Shown: positions 9,229 through 19,359 of the stretch, piece by piece
Position numbering within the stretch: the first letter of the stretch is position 1
Layout: every line of letters starts with the position of its first letter
Origin: Thermodesulfobacteriota bacterium
GTDB taxonomy: Bacteria > Desulfobacterota_D > UBA1144 > Nemesobacterales > Nemesobacteraceae
DNA length: 64,000 nucleotides
Assembly (NCBI GenBank): GCA_965116725.1
Contig: OZ220700.1
Coordinates: forward strand, 881,315-945,314
Reading direction: 5' to 3'
Notes under the pieces: generated by a model
What the model was told of the DNA's origin: nothing
Seen by the model: the letters and a program-made list of their open reading frames with translations, nothing else
The model's database searches: none
Program-made: the position numbers and the translations under genes

Positions 9229-10527
9229 TTACGCGAAAACCGCAAGCAGCACTCCTGCCGCTACGGCCGAACCCACAACCCCGGCCACGTTCGGACCCAT
9301 AGCGTGCATCAAAAGCACATTCTGGGGATCTTCTCTGGCCCCCATATCCTGAGAGACGCGAGCGGCCATTGGAACCGCCGAAACCCCGGCCGAACCGATC
9401 AGGGGGTTGATCTTGGTTTCGGAGAAAACATTCATAAGCTTGGCCATCAACACCCCGGCGGCCGTGCCTATGCAGAAAGCCACAATTCCCAGAAGAAGTA
9501 TGCCAAGAGTCTCAAGGGAGAGAAATTCGGAAGCCAGAAGCTGCGAGCCGACTCCGAGGCCGAGGAATATCGTAACGATGTTGATAAGCGCGTTTCTCGT
9601 CGTATCCGAGAGCCGGTCGACCACTCCGCATTCCCTCATCAGGTTGCCGAAAGCGAAAAAGCCTATTAGAGGCGCCGCGGATGGAAGAAAAAGGAGGCAG
9701 AGGGTAAGAGCAATCAACGGAAACATTATTCTTTCTCTTTTCGCCACCGGACGAAGCTGGCTCATCCTTATTTTTCTCTCTTCAGGGGAAGTAAGAGCTC
9801 TCATTATCGGGGGCTGGATTATCGGCACGAGAGCCATGTAGGAATACGCGGCGACCGAGACCGCACCGAGAAGCCTCGGGGAGAGCTGCGAAGAAATGTA
9901 AATAGAGGTCGGTCCGTCCGCTGACCCTATTATTCCTATCGACGCCGCGTCTTTTAGGGAAAAATCGATCCCGGGCACGTACTGGGCAAGTACGAGCGCG
10001 CCGAGCAATGTCGAGAAAATCCCGAACTGCGCAGCGCCTCCCAGAAGGACCGTCTTGGGGTTGGCCAGAAGCGGACCGAAATCGGTAAGCGCCCCCACTC
10101 CCATGAATATCAGAAGGGGGAAAATCCCGGTCTTTATGCCGACCTCGTACACGTAGTAAAGTACCCCGCCGGGGTCGTTTATCCCCGCAAGCGGAATGTT
10201 GGCCAATATGCACCCGAAAGCTATCGTAACCAGGAGAAGAGGTTCGAATTTCTTCGCAATCCCCAAGTAGAGAAGAAGGAATCCTACCAGGATCATCAAA
10301 AACATCCCGAACCCGTTAACCCAGGAAATTGCGTTGCCCGCAATAAACCCGTAGATGCCGGTACTGGTAGCTACGTTTTCCAAAAGCTGGGAAAAAGATG
10401 CAAGCTCCTTGGTTTGCTCCGTGGCGGCTGCCACGTCGCTTACCGTCTCCCCGAGACAGTAGGGTGTGCCGGCGAACATTCCCAAGGAAAAGGCGAGAAC
10501 CGCCAAAATAAGTATGAATTTTTTCAT
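9229..10527 (-). CDS. oadB: Na+-translocating decarboxylase beta subunit
   Basis: 432 aa and polytopic. It sits immediately downstream of the alpha subunit gene. The sequence is typical of the OadB/GcdB/MmdB family. Confidence 0.85.
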   Translation of the reverse strand: MKKFILILAVLAFSLGMFAGTPYCLGETVSDVAAATEQTKELASFSQLLENVATSTGIYGFIAGNAISWVNGFGMFLMILVGFLLLYLGIAKKFEPLLLVTIAFGCILANIPLAGINDPGGVLYYVYEVGIKTGIFPLLIFMGVGALTDFGPLLANPKTVLLGGAAQFGIFSTLLGALVLAQYVPGIDFSLKDAASIGIIGSADGPTSIYISSQLSPRLLGAVSVAAYSYMALVPIIQPPIMRALTSPEERKIRMSQLRPVAKRERIMFPLIALTLCLLFLPSAAPLIGFFAFGNLMRECGVVDRLSDTTRNALINIVTIFLGLGVGSQLLASEFLSLETLGILLLGIVAFCIGTAAGVLMAKLMNVFSETKINPLIGSAGVSAVPMAARVSQDMGAREDPQNVLLMHAMGPNVAGVVGSAVAAGVLLAVFA

Positions 10528-10531
10528 GCGC

Positions 10532-12349
10532 TCAAGAGGGAAGAATGGTCAGGATAAGCTGACCCGTCTCTACTACCTGTCCCTGTTCAACCTCTATGGA
10601 CACCACTTCCCCGTCGCACGGAGAGGCAACCGGAGTTTCCATCTTCATGGCTTCAAGCATGATCAGCGTCTGATTTTCCTTTATCTTGTCACCCACGCCG
10701 ACCTGCACCCTGTACACGTTGCCGGGCACGCTCGCCGTAACGGCCACAACATCGGGAGAATCTTCATCCATCGCGGAGGATGTCTTAGGCGCGGGAGCTT
10801 CGGTTACCGAGGCAACTTCCGAAGTTCCTTCCTTTACGGTTACGTTGTAACTTTTCCCATCAACCGTAATAACGAAGTTCTCCCCGGTACCTGACACCTT
10901 CGACGCCACACTCGTGCCGAGACCTCGTCCCTGCTGAGGCTGCTCTTCAGGCTTGTCTTTTCTTACGTTGACGCTGAAATTCCCCTTGAGAAAGTCAAGT
11001 CCCTTGTTTCCGCCCTGGGTCTGAAGCGCCCCGACTATGAATATGTTTTCCTCGGTGACGGGAAGTCCTTCTTTTTCGAGAATCTCGGTCGCCTTCGGAA
11101 TGCCGGGCTCAAGTATATCGAGCGGGTCGCCTTCAAAGCGGGGCTTGCCCATCTGCTCTTCCGCTATCGCCACGACTTCTGGGTCGGGCTCGACGGGCGT
11201 GCGTCCGAAGTAGCCTAGCACCATGTTCCCGTAACCGTCGGTGATCTTCTTCCAGGTTCCCTGAGTGACGTTTGCGTAGGCCTGCTGGAAATAGAACTGG
11301 GAAACCGGGGTAACCGATGTCCCGAATCCTCCCTTTGCAACACATTCGCTCATCGCCTCGATTACCTGCGGGTAAAGATCGAGGGTGCCAGTGTCTCTCA
11401 TCATCATGGTGTTTGCGGTAAGCGCTCCGCCGGGCATCGGAGAGAGAAGAACTTCCGAGGAGACCCGAAGGGCTTCGGGCGGGAAATAATAGCCAGACAT
11501 GCATTCCTTGAACACGGAATTCGCCTCGAGAATCTTGGTTATGTCCACATCCAAGGTGTACTCCGTCCCCTTAAGGGCGTTCCACATGGATATAAGGTCG
11601 GGCTGAGAGGTTCCCCCGGAAACGGGTGCTCTCGCGACGCAGATTCCGTCGCACCCGCCGTTTATGCCGGCCATGTACTGATTGACTCCCTGGGCGGCCG
11701 TCTCGTGGGTGTGCACCCAGAGAATGACGTTTTCTCCGACGAGCTTTCTCGCGGCCTTCACGGTCTCGTAAATCTTTTGGGGATTCGAGGTTCCAGAAGC
11801 GTCCTTGAAGCATATGGAATCGTAGGGAAGCCCCGAATCAAGTATTTTCCTCAGCCTGTCTATATAGAAATCCACGTCGTGGGCTCCTTCGCAGCCCGGA
11901 GGAAGCTCCATGAGCGTTACCACGGCCTGGTGATGCAGGCCCGCATTTTTTATGCACTGACCCGAGTACTCGAGGTTTCTTACGTCATTTAAGGCGTCGA
12001 AGTTTCTTATGTGAGTTATGCCATGTTTCTTGAACATCCTGGCGTGGAGATCTATCATGTCCTTGGGCTGCTGGGACAAGGCAACAACATTGATCCCCCT
12101 TGCAAGCGTCTGCAGGTTAGCGTCCGGTCCCGCTGCCTCGCGGAAACGGTCCATCATATCAAAAGCGGACTCCCCGCAGTAAAGAAACAGACTCTGGAAC
12201 CTGGCTCCCCCGCCAGCCTCAAAGTGGGTTATCCCGGCTTCCCTAGCGGCTTCGACCGCCGGGATGAAGTCTTCTGTAAGCACCCTCGCGCCGAAAACGG
12301 ACTGAAACCCGTCGCGAAAGGATGTATCCTGAAATAAGATTTTTTTCAT
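10532..12349 (-). CDS. oadA: oxaloacetate decarboxylase alpha subunit (carboxyltransferase plus biotinyl domain)
   Basis: The N-terminus [10 protein letters not shown] (HMGL-like/pyruvate carboxyltransferase) and the C-terminal biotin attachment motif EAMKMET. Confidence 0.88.
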   Translation of the reverse strand: MKKILFQDTSFRDGFQSVFGARVLTEDFIPAVEAAREAGITHFEAGGGARFQSLFLYCGESAFDMMDRFREAAGPDANLQTLARGINVVALSQQPKDMIDLHARMFKKHGITHIRNFDALNDVRNLEYSGQCIKNAGLHHQAVVTLMELPPGCEGAHDVDFYIDRLRKILDSGLPYDSICFKDASGTSNPQKIYETVKAARKLVGENVILWVHTHETAAQGVNQYMAGINGGCDGICVARAPVSGGTSQPDLISMWNALKGTEYTLDVDITKILEANSVFKECMSGYYFPPEALRVSSEVLLSPMPGGALTANTMMMRDTGTLDLYPQVIEAMSECVAKGGFGTSVTPVSQFYFQQAYANVTQGTWKKITDGYGNMVLGYFGRTPVEPDPEVVAIAEEQMGKPRFEGDPLDILEPGIPKATEILEKEGLPVTEENIFIVGALQTQGGNKGLDFLKGNFSVNVRKDKPEEQPQQGRGLGTSVASKVSGTGENFVITVDGKSYNVTVKEGTSEVASVTEAPAPKTSSAMDEDSPDVVAVTASVPGNVYRVQVGVGDKIKENQTLIMLEAMKMETPVASPCDGEVVSIEVEQGQVVETGQLILTILPS

Positions 12350-12374
12350 GACAAGACCCTGAGGTTTTCAAGAT

Positions 12375-12599
12375 CTAGCCGTCGCCGGCATGCTTCGCCC
12401 TGTAGGCCGCAACTGCCGCGGCTATAACCGGAATGACGTCCCTTCTGGATTTTTTGGACGCCCCGGGACCCGAGGGCGCACGCACGTCGCTGTCTTTAAA
12501 AAGCTTCGCAGACAGCATCACGCTTACCATCAATACAAGCAGGAAAATATATACTATGGCCATACCGATGACCATGAGTTTTACGCCTTCAAGGATCAT
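12375..12599 (-). CDS. oadG: oxaloacetate decarboxylase gamma subunit
   Basis: 74 aa with a single N-terminal TM (MVIGMAIVYIFLLVLMVSVML). It is the first gene of the oadGAB arrangement. Confidence 0.7.
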   Translation of the reverse strand: MILEGVKLMVIGMAIVYIFLLVLMVSVMLSAKLFKDSDVRAPSGPGASKKSRRDVIPVIAAAVAAYRAKHAGDG

Positions 12600-12734
12600 A
12601 GTGGACGAAGAATCTCAAAAACCGTTTGAATTTGATGGGTATCAATTATTTACAAGAACTTGTTTATTGTCAATCTGCGGCGAAGCTTCCAGCGTCGTGC
12701 GCACGCTGCGGATTTCTGAGTTCCTTGGTTTCCC

Positions 12735-12763
12735 TTGACCTTCAAATCCTTACGTGTTATTCT
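12735..12763 (+). promoter_or_regulatory. candidate sigma70-type promoter of rpmH
   Basis: TTGACC (12735-12740), a 17-nt spacer, then TATTCT (12758-12763), 12 nt before the rpmH ATG. Confidence 0.3.
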
Positions 12764-12774
12764 GACCCCCCACT

Positions 12775-12924
12775 ATGAAAAGGACTTATCAACCGCACGT
12801 AAAAAAGAGGCTCAGAACACACGGCTTCCGCGCCAGGCTGAGCACAAGGGGAGGCAGGAGCATACTCAGGAGAAGAACTGCCAAGGGAAGATACGTTCTC
12901 ACGGTTGGGAGATGGAAAAAGTAG
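12775..12924 (+). CDS. rpmH: 50S ribosomal protein L34
   Basis: Below the track cut-off. My translation is [49 protein letters not shown], with a TAG stop. Confidence 0.95.
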   Translation: MKRTYQPHVKKRLRTHGFRARLSTRGGRSILRRRTAKGRYVLTVGRWKK

Positions 12925-13271
12925 CGTTTGAGTCCGACAGCTCGTTTCCCGCAAAATTCAAGATAAAAACCCCTCGCGACTTTCGCAACACACTCTCAGA
13001 AGGCACTAAAACCCACTCGGAAAACTTCATACTCTACGCAAAGCCCAACTCTCTTGGGTTTCCCCGCCTAGGAGTGTCCGTGGGCAAAAAAGCGTCGGCA
13101 AGCGCAGTCAGGAGAAACAGGATGAAAAGGGTGCTGAGGGAAGTTTTCAGGAGAAACAAGCCTGCGTTTTCCTCAAACGACGTGGTGTTCGTAATAAAGA
13201 ACGACGTATCGGGTAAGAAATTCTCTGAACTTTACCTAGAGATAAAAAAACTCGCAGGCCGCATCAAATGA
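12912..13271 (+). CDS. rnpA: ribonuclease P protein component
   Basis: The inner ATG of track ORF 12735..13271 overlaps the rpmH end. [28 protein letters not shown] is the RnpA signature region. Confidence 0.85.
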   Translation: MEKVAFESDSSFPAKFKIKTPRDFRNTLSEGTKTHSENFILYAKPNSLGFPRLGVSVGKKASASAVRRNRMKRVLREVFRRNKPAFSSNDVVFVIKNDVSGKKFSELYLEIKKLAGRIK

Positions 13272-13519
13272 AAGAAAACCCCGCAGTCAGATTCCTTGTT
13301 TTACTGGTAAGGGCCTACCAGAAAACCATTTCTCCCCTGCTTCCCCAAACCTGCAGGTTCCACCCCAGCTGCTCCGCGTATTCAATTGAGGCCTTGCGGG
13401 AACACGGAGCTTTCAGGGGAATCTGGATGACTCTCAGAAGAATACTGCGATGTCATCCGTTAAGCGCAGGAGGATATGACCCCGTAAAGAAAAAAAGCGA
13501 TAAACGGGCGAAGGGGTGA
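13268..13519 (+). CDS. yidD: membrane protein insertion efficiency factor YidD
   Basis: [31 protein letters not shown]...[16 protein letters not shown] overlap with rnpA. Confidence 0.9.
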   Translation: MKENPAVRFLVLLVRAYQKTISPLLPQTCRFHPSCSAYSIEALREHGAFRGIWMTLRRILRCHPLSAGGYDPVKKKSDKRAKG

Positions 13520-13697
13520 ATAGCATTCCCCTATTCCTATTAAAACTTATCGTGTATCATTGCTTCCATGAATTCTTACTCTTTGGTTTCCTGCTACATG
13601 CTAGAACTACGCACAGAAAACGGGAGCAGTCTCACAGGTGTCTCGTAGAAATCACGATAGCACCCCACATCCTCAATAAAGCCCTAAGAAACAACAC

Positions 13698-15365
13698 ATG
13701 AACAGCGACCTCAAGAGAAACTACATTTTATTTCTGGTATTGTCGGTACTGGTAATCGTCGGTTACTCGGCGTTTTTTGCAGAAGCCCCCAAGGAAAAAC
13801 AGACCGCAAAAACAGACCGGCCCGCATCGGCGCCCGCCGCAGGGGATCTTTCCGAAGAACCAGGTTCCCCACAGGAACTTCCCACGGAATTTGAACCGAT
13901 AAAATCTTCCTACGCTTCCAAGATCATAAAAGTCAGATCCGACCTTTATGTTGCCGAGATAGACACCCTCGGAGGAAAAATTGTCGGCTGGAAACTCTCG
14001 GAATACAAAAAGACGATCGAGACGGACTCGGTGCCTGTGGCGGTGATAGGTGAAGAGAAAAAGTCGTTTGACACCATACTGAGAGTCAAAAATGAAAAAA
14101 TGCCGGGACTCATCCCGTTTTCCTACAAGGGAGGCACGAATCTGGTCGTGGGTTCCGAGGGGCTTGACGTCAATCTGGTCTGGAGAAAACCCGGTGGGCT
14201 TACGGTACGTAAAACCATCTCCTTTTACCCCGGAAAATACTTTATCAAGGAAAACCTGGAGGTTCTTAACGGAACGGGGAGACAGATAAACCAGAAGGTT
14301 TACGTCGGCTGGGAAAATACGGTATACGAGAGCGGTTCAAACAGTCTCTACGAGTTTATCTCAATGGTCGGCGGCGAAGTCAAGCGGACCAAGAAACCCC
14401 TTAAGGAAACCAAGGCGTACAATGGAGAGACAAACTGGTTCGGTTTCGGTGACAAGTACTTTCTCGGCGCATTTCTGCCGGAAATAGGGGGAGACCGGGG
14501 ACTCTACCTGCAGCCCCTTGATGAAAAAGGTCTTGCCGGGGCGAGTTTTTCCTATCCAGAGCAAAAAATAGCCGCGGGGAAAAGCTACAAAGTCGGATGG
14601 AAATCGTATTTCGGTCCGAAAAATGAACCGGACCTCAAGGAAGCCGGGTACAACCTTGAGAAATCTATTGACTACGGCTATGCGGGAATACTCACCAAGA
14701 TTGCCGTCGTGCTTCTTAAGTTCGTTAACGACTTTTTCAGCAATTACGGAATCTCCATAATAGTGCTTACGGTCGCTCTCAGGGTGATATTCTTCCCCCT
14801 TACCGTGAAAAGCATGAAGTCGATGAAAGCCATGCAGAACAAGATGAAGAGTCTGAAGCCTGAAATCGACGCTCTCAAGGAAAAATACAAGGACGACAAA
14901 TCGACTCAGCAGGCAGAGATGATGAAGCTTTACACAAGTAACGACATAAACCCGCTCAGCAGTCTCGGGGGATGTCTTCCCTTGCTCATACAGCTTCCCG
15001 TTTTCATAGCTCTTTATTTCGCGCTTCTGTATTCGATAGATCTAAGACACAGCTCGTTTCTCTGGGTAAACGACCTCTCCCAGCCCGAACACCTGTTTGA
15101 TGTGCTGGGAATACCGTTTCGGGTGCTGCCCCTTTTGATGGGCGTCTCGTGGTTTCTCTCGCAGAGACTTACCCCCATGACTGCTCCAGGAAGCGAGACG
15201 ATGGAACTGCAGATGAAGCTCATGCAGTTCATGCCTATAATTTTTACCGTAATGTTCTGGGGCCTGCCTTCCGGTCTTATACTTTACTGGACCGTAAGCA
15301 ACATTCTCTCCGTCGGTCAGCAGCTATACATCAATCGACAGGTCCCGGAGCCAGAAGGAGGATAA
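13698..15365 (+). CDS. yidC: membrane protein insertase YidC
   Basis: 555 aa with an N-terminal TM and a large periplasmic domain. The C-terminal 60-kDa-IMP core includes GISIIVLTVALRVIFFPLT and GLILYWTVSNILSVGQQ. Confidence 0.92.
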   Translation: MNSDLKRNYILFLVLSVLVIVGYSAFFAEAPKEKQTAKTDRPASAPAAGDLSEEPGSPQELPTEFEPIKSSYASKIIKVRSDLYVAEIDTLGGKIVGWKLSEYKKTIETDSVPVAVIGEEKKSFDTILRVKNEKMPGLIPFSYKGGTNLVVGSEGLDVNLVWRKPGGLTVRKTISFYPGKYFIKENLEVLNGTGRQINQKVYVGWENTVYESGSNSLYEFISMVGGEVKRTKKPLKETKAYNGETNWFGFGDKYFLGAFLPEIGGDRGLYLQPLDEKGLAGASFSYPEQKIAAGKSYKVGWKSYFGPKNEPDLKEAGYNLEKSIDYGYAGILTKIAVVLLKFVNDFFSNYGISIIVLTVALRVIFFPLTVKSMKSMKAMQNKMKSLKPEIDALKEKYKDDKSTQQAEMMKLYTSNDINPLSSLGGCLPLLIQLPVFIALYFALLYSIDLRHSSFLWVNDLSQPEHLFDVLGIPFRVLPLLMGVSWFLSQRLTPMTAPGSETMELQMKLMQFMPIIFTVMFWGLPSGLILYWTVSNILSVGQQLYINRQVPEPEGG

Positions 15366-15367
15366 CA

Positions 15368-16018
15368 ATGGCTACCGTAATAGAAAAGGAAGGAAAAACA
15401 ATTTCCGAAGCCGTAGTGAACGCCTGTGAAGAACTCGGAGTCTCAAAAGACGAAGTGGAAATCGAAGTTATAAGAGAAGACTCCAAGGGGGTTTTGGGCA
15501 TAGGAAGCAAAAACGCCATAGTGAAGGTGGAAATAAAAACCGGTGGATTGAGCGAAAAGGCGTTTCGGGCGAAAAAAACTCTTGAGACCCTCCTGGGTTT
15601 TCTGTTTCCATCCCCGCAGAGCGTAAAGGCCGAAGAGACTGAAAACAGGATAATACTTGAAGTTTGGCCTGTTAAAGACAAGAAATTCCTCATAGGGAGA
15701 AACGGGGAAGTAATAAAGTCCCTTGAGTACATGGTAGGGAAGATAGCTTCGAGAAACAGCAACGAGGGGAAAAACAAGAGGGTTGCCATAAACATCGGCG
15801 GGCACGACGGAAAGAAAAAAGACACTGATGTGCCGAGAAAAGTCGCGGAGACCGTACAGAAAGTAAAAGAGAGCGGAAATTCTCACTCAATCGAGCGGCT
15901 TTCGTCCTACGAAAGGAAAATGGCCTACATAGAACTCAAGAAGCAAGAGGACATAAAATACGAGACGGTTCCAAGCAAGGGTAACTCGAAAAAAATCGTC
16001 GTTAGCCCTCAGGCCTGA
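15368..16018 (+). CDS. jag: Jag/KhpB-type RNA-binding protein (Jag-N, KH, degenerate R3H)
   Basis: The start MATVIEKEGKTISEAVVNACEELGVSKDEVEIEVI lies 3 nt after the yidC stop. The longer track form (15149) overlaps yidC. Confidence 0.8.
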   Translation: MATVIEKEGKTISEAVVNACEELGVSKDEVEIEVIREDSKGVLGIGSKNAIVKVEIKTGGLSEKAFRAKKTLETLLGFLFPSPQSVKAEETENRIILEVWPVKDKKFLIGRNGEVIKSLEYMVGKIASRNSNEGKNKRVAINIGGHDGKKKDTDVPRKVAETVQKVKESGNSHSIERLSSYERKMAYIELKKQEDIKYETVPSKGNSKKIVVSPQA

Positions 16019-16020
16019 GT

Positions 16021-16485
16021 TCAGGAATCCCGAAGCGTCCTGAAAAAATCCTCAAGAATGCGTGCGCACCGCTCGCCGCAGACTCCCCCTGAGAATTCCA
16101 CACGGTGATTGAGTTCCCCTCCTGCACCGATTCCGAAGTTGCTTACAAGCGCCCCGCCCTTGGGATCGGGGACGCCGAACACAACCCTGTCTATTCTCGC
16201 GTTGATTATGGCTCCCATGCACATGGCGCAGGGCTCAAGGGTAACGTAGATAGAAGTGCCGGAAAGTCTCCAGTTTCCGATAACTTCGCACGCGCGGCGT
16301 ATAGCCAGAATTTCGGCGTGGGCGGTAGCGTCCGAAGCTGATTCCCTCAGGTTATGGGCGGCTGAAATTACGGTGCCTCCCCCATCAACTATGACCGCCC
16401 CTACCGGAACCTCACCTTCCGAAGCCGCCCGTTCGGCCTCCCTGATAGCCAAGGCCATAATGATTTCATCGGACTGCCCCGTCAC
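16021..16485 (-). CDS. tadA: tRNA adenosine(34) deaminase
   Basis: HAEILAIRRA...TLEPCAMCMGAI (the H(C)AE and PCxxC deaminase zinc motifs). Confidence 0.9.
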   Translation of the reverse strand: MTGQSDEIIMALAIREAERAASEGEVPVGAVIVDGGGTVISAAHNLRESASDATAHAEILAIRRACEVIGNWRLSGTSIYVTLEPCAMCMGAIINARIDRVVFGVPDPKGGALVSNFGIGAGGELNHRVEFSGGVCGERCARILEDFFRTLRDS

Positions 16486-16505
16486 GGATAAAAGGAAAAT
16501 CTAAT

Positions 16506-18227
16506 CTATTTTCTGGCGCTGAACTTGAGGCCCGTCTCGTTTCTGTCCCAGGTATTCTCGGTGATTTCCTTTATCTCGGCGACTTTGACCTTCTGGGTCG
16601 CAGTTACCGGGAATCCATCCTCGTAAACCTCTATGAACCTAGGCACCATGGCCACTATAACCCTTTCGGCCATCCATTTGGAGAACTCAATCGGATCAAA
16701 TTCCTCGCCCACCTTGAGCGTAACGCAGAGCTTGATCTCGTCATCCGAAACGTTCGGGAGCCTTATACCGACCGCAATGGCTTCCTGAATCGCGGGATAT
16801 TGCATCGCCTCGTCCCCGACGGCTACCGGATCCACGTTTTCGCCTGAAACCCTGATGCGGCTGAACCTTCCGACAAAATAGTATCTCCCATCGATACCTC
16901 TAGCGAAGAGATCGTCCGAATTGAAGAAGCCGTCATCGTCAAAGGCCTCTCTGGTTCTTCTTTCATCCTTGAAATATTCATTCAGGGTCGTATGCGGAAC
17001 AAGCGGCTTTACGAAAAGAAGCCCCTTGGCGTCGTCGGGAGGGGTAATATCGTCGGTAGAGTCCCAGAACGGTCTTACCACCGTATCGATGTCTTCGGGA
17101 TTTCTGAGCTCGACGTAATATCCCTCCATGGGGAAACCGGATGAACCCGGGCGGTGATCCTCGGGGTCTTTCCAGAGAACCATGCCCATCTCGGTCGAAC
17201 CGTATCCGTCTATTACCCTGACTCCGAACCTCTCCTGGAACTCCTTCAAGTTCCTAGGAGCCGGGGAGCCCAGCATTATCCTTATGTTGTGCTTCTGATC
17301 CCACTCGCTCTCAGGCGCGGCCCAGAGATACTCGGCTACCGCTCCCAGCATGTTAACGCATGTCGCGCCGCACCCGGCCGCCCACTTCCAGAAATTGGAA
17401 GCTGAGAATCTGGGGAAAAACACGGCAGTCCCACCGGACGCCATGGCGCTGAAAAGGCACATTACCTGCGCGTTGGCGTGACCGAGTGAAAGTATGCTCA
17501 TGAGCACGTCGTCGCTCCTTATTCCCTGCTGCTGCAGATAAGAACGGACCGTCATGATCACTCCTCCGTGGTCTCTGGCAACCCCTTTTGGCATCCCCGT
17601 GGTACCGGACGTGAACATGCACCTCTCCATGTCGGCAGTGGTAACGTCCACCCCGGGATTAGTATCGTCATAACTATCAAATTCTGAGAAAGGAAGCGCC
17701 TTTATGCCTCCGATCTTTTCAGGTGCATTGTCAACCGTCACGAAAACTGCTTCAAGATTCTCAAGACTGTCGCCGATTTCCTCTATGAAAGGAATGCTCC
17801 CCTCGTCAATAATGAGGGCTCTCATGTCCGAGTAGTTGATTACGTAAGCGAGTCTTTCGCCCTTTTCGTCCTTGTTTACCGGAACCTGCACACCACCGCA
17901 CTTGTGTATGGCGATAATAGATATCACGTGCTCGGAACAGTTGAGCATGTACATGCCGACCTTGTCCCCTTTATTTATTCCGAATCCTTGGGCAAGACCG
18001 TTTGCCACTCTGTTGGCCCACGCGTTGGTTTCCGCGTAAGTGTAGCTCTCGACGATGTTTCCGTCCCTGTCTCCGACCTTGAACATTGCCTTGTCGGGAA
18101 ACATCTCGGCACCCTTCTCAAGATTTGTGGTTATCGGCTCCCACTGCGAAGTGTCTTCAAATTTGCCGAAGGGAAGATCTCCGCTTCCTAGGTAGGCGGC
18201 ATCGCGCGGTTTGAATAATAATTGCAT
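16506..18227 (-). CDS. AMP-dependent synthetase/ligase (class I adenylate-forming, CaiC/acyl-CoA-ligase-like), paralogue A
   Basis: MFTSGTTGMPKGV, GYGSTE and the C-terminal lysine region. AGGAGG lies upstream of the ATG at 18227. Confidence 0.8.
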   Translation of the reverse strand: MQLLFKPRDAAYLGSGDLPFGKFEDTSQWEPITTNLEKGAEMFPDKAMFKVGDRDGNIVESYTYAETNAWANRVANGLAQGFGINKGDKVGMYMLNCSEHVISIIAIHKCGGVQVPVNKDEKGERLAYVINYSDMRALIIDEGSIPFIEEIGDSLENLEAVFVTVDNAPEKIGGIKALPFSEFDSYDDTNPGVDVTTADMERCMFTSGTTGMPKGVARDHGGVIMTVRSYLQQQGIRSDDVLMSILSLGHANAQVMCLFSAMASGGTAVFFPRFSASNFWKWAAGCGATCVNMLGAVAEYLWAAPESEWDQKHNIRIMLGSPAPRNLKEFQERFGVRVIDGYGSTEMGMVLWKDPEDHRPGSSGFPMEGYYVELRNPEDIDTVVRPFWDSTDDITPPDDAKGLLFVKPLVPHTTLNEYFKDERRTREAFDDDGFFNSDDLFARGIDGRYYFVGRFSRIRVSGENVDPVAVGDEAMQYPAIQEAIAVGIRLPNVSDDEIKLCVTLKVGEEFDPIEFSKWMAERVIVAMVPRFIEVYEDGFPVTATQKVKVAEIKEITENTWDRNETGLKFSARK

Positions 18228-18393
18228 TTACTGTAACCTCCTGAACTGTCTATAGCGCTTGGAAATGAAAAGGCGCTGTAAAAATCCACACTATTATAGT
18301 TAATCGGTGCTTCATTGCAAACCCTAGTATTTTCACGGTTCCTGAAAAACCCCCTGACCTGCCGTATGCGGCCTGAATCCCACTTCTAACCTT

Positions 18394-19359
18394 ATGGAAA
18401 TTTCAAATCTCCTGATTTTTGCCGCAAGTTTGGCGGTTCTCTGGAAAGGGGCCGACTTTCTCGTTAAAGGTGCCTCCAGAGTAGCAAAATTTACCGGCAT
18501 GGGTACTTTTTTCGCCGGGTTTATCGTGGTTGCGCTTGGAACTTCCCTCCCCGAATTCGTGGTCTGCCTAGTGGCGGTCGTGGAAGGTTCAAGCGATATA
18601 GCGATTGGAAACGTGGTCGGGAGCAATACCGCCAACATCGGGCTTATTTTCGGCCTGACAGCCCTTATAAGTCCCGTAATCATAGCCAAAGAGGCGTGGG
18701 AGGAGCAGAGGCTTCCGCTAATTTTCCTAGTGATTATAACCCTTGCCGCTTACGGTCTTAGCCGCGTGGGACTTTCCATCGGAAGAGGCGAAGGTGCACT
18801 GCTGTTTTTGCTACTCATCGTCTTTTTGGCCGTCCCCTACGAGAAATCAAAGCAAGAAAAAAACGAGGTTTCATCCACACCACAAGGCGACGGCGTGTGG
18901 AAACTTCTTTTCTATGTGGTCTCGGGTTCCGTACTTCTGGCGGGAAGCGCGCATTTTCTGGTCAATAGCGCAATAAAGATCGCCGTACAGATTGGAGTAA
19001 GTGAGCTATTCATAGGCGTAACGGCTGTTGCCATCGGGACTTCACTCCCGGAACTTGGCACTTCTCTCGTGGCGGCATGGAGAAGAGAACAGAACATAGT
19101 CGTTGGCAACATCATAGGCAGCAACTTCTTTAATCTCGGGTTTCTGGGCCTTGTGGCAGTCATCCGACCCATAGACGTAAACCGAGATATGTTCGGATAC
19201 ACATCCGAATTTACGTTTCTCATCCTGCTTACCGTTCTTTTCGCGTTATTAATCGGAAAAACCTGGATTAGCCAAAACAGGATCGGAAAGAAGAAAGGCG
19301 CTATTCTGCTTATCGTTTACGCGGCGTTTCTCTACTTTATCTCAGGCTCACTTTCTTGA
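18394..19359 (+). CDS. Ca2+/cation antiporter (CaCA, YrbG-like)
   Basis: Two alpha-repeats: GTSLPEFVVCL...GNVVGSNTANIGL and GTSLPELGTSL...GNIIGSNFFNLG. Confidence 0.82.
   Translation: MEISNLLIFAASLAVLWKGADFLVKGASRVAKFTGMGTFFAGFIVVALGTSLPEFVVCLVAVVEGSSDIAIGNVVGSNTANIGLIFGLTALISPVIIAKEAWEEQRLPLIFLVIITLAAYGLSRVGLSIGRGEGALLFLLLIVFLAVPYEKSKQEKNEVSSTPQGDGVWKLLFYVVSGSVLLAGSAHFLVNSAIKIAVQIGVSELFIGVTAVAIGTSLPELGTSLVAAWRREQNIVVGNIIGSNFFNLGFLGLVAVIRPIDVNRDMFGYTSEFTFLILLTVLFALLIGKTWISQNRIGKKKGAILLIVYAAFLYFISGSLS

Noticed and set aside
12735-13271. Long 178-aa form of rnpA, and likewise the 289-aa form of jag (15149..16018) and the 338-aa form of folD (31046..32062).
   Set aside because: The N-terminal extensions overlap upstream genes (rpmH, yidC) or promoter sequence. 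The inner ATGs give canonical N-termini.
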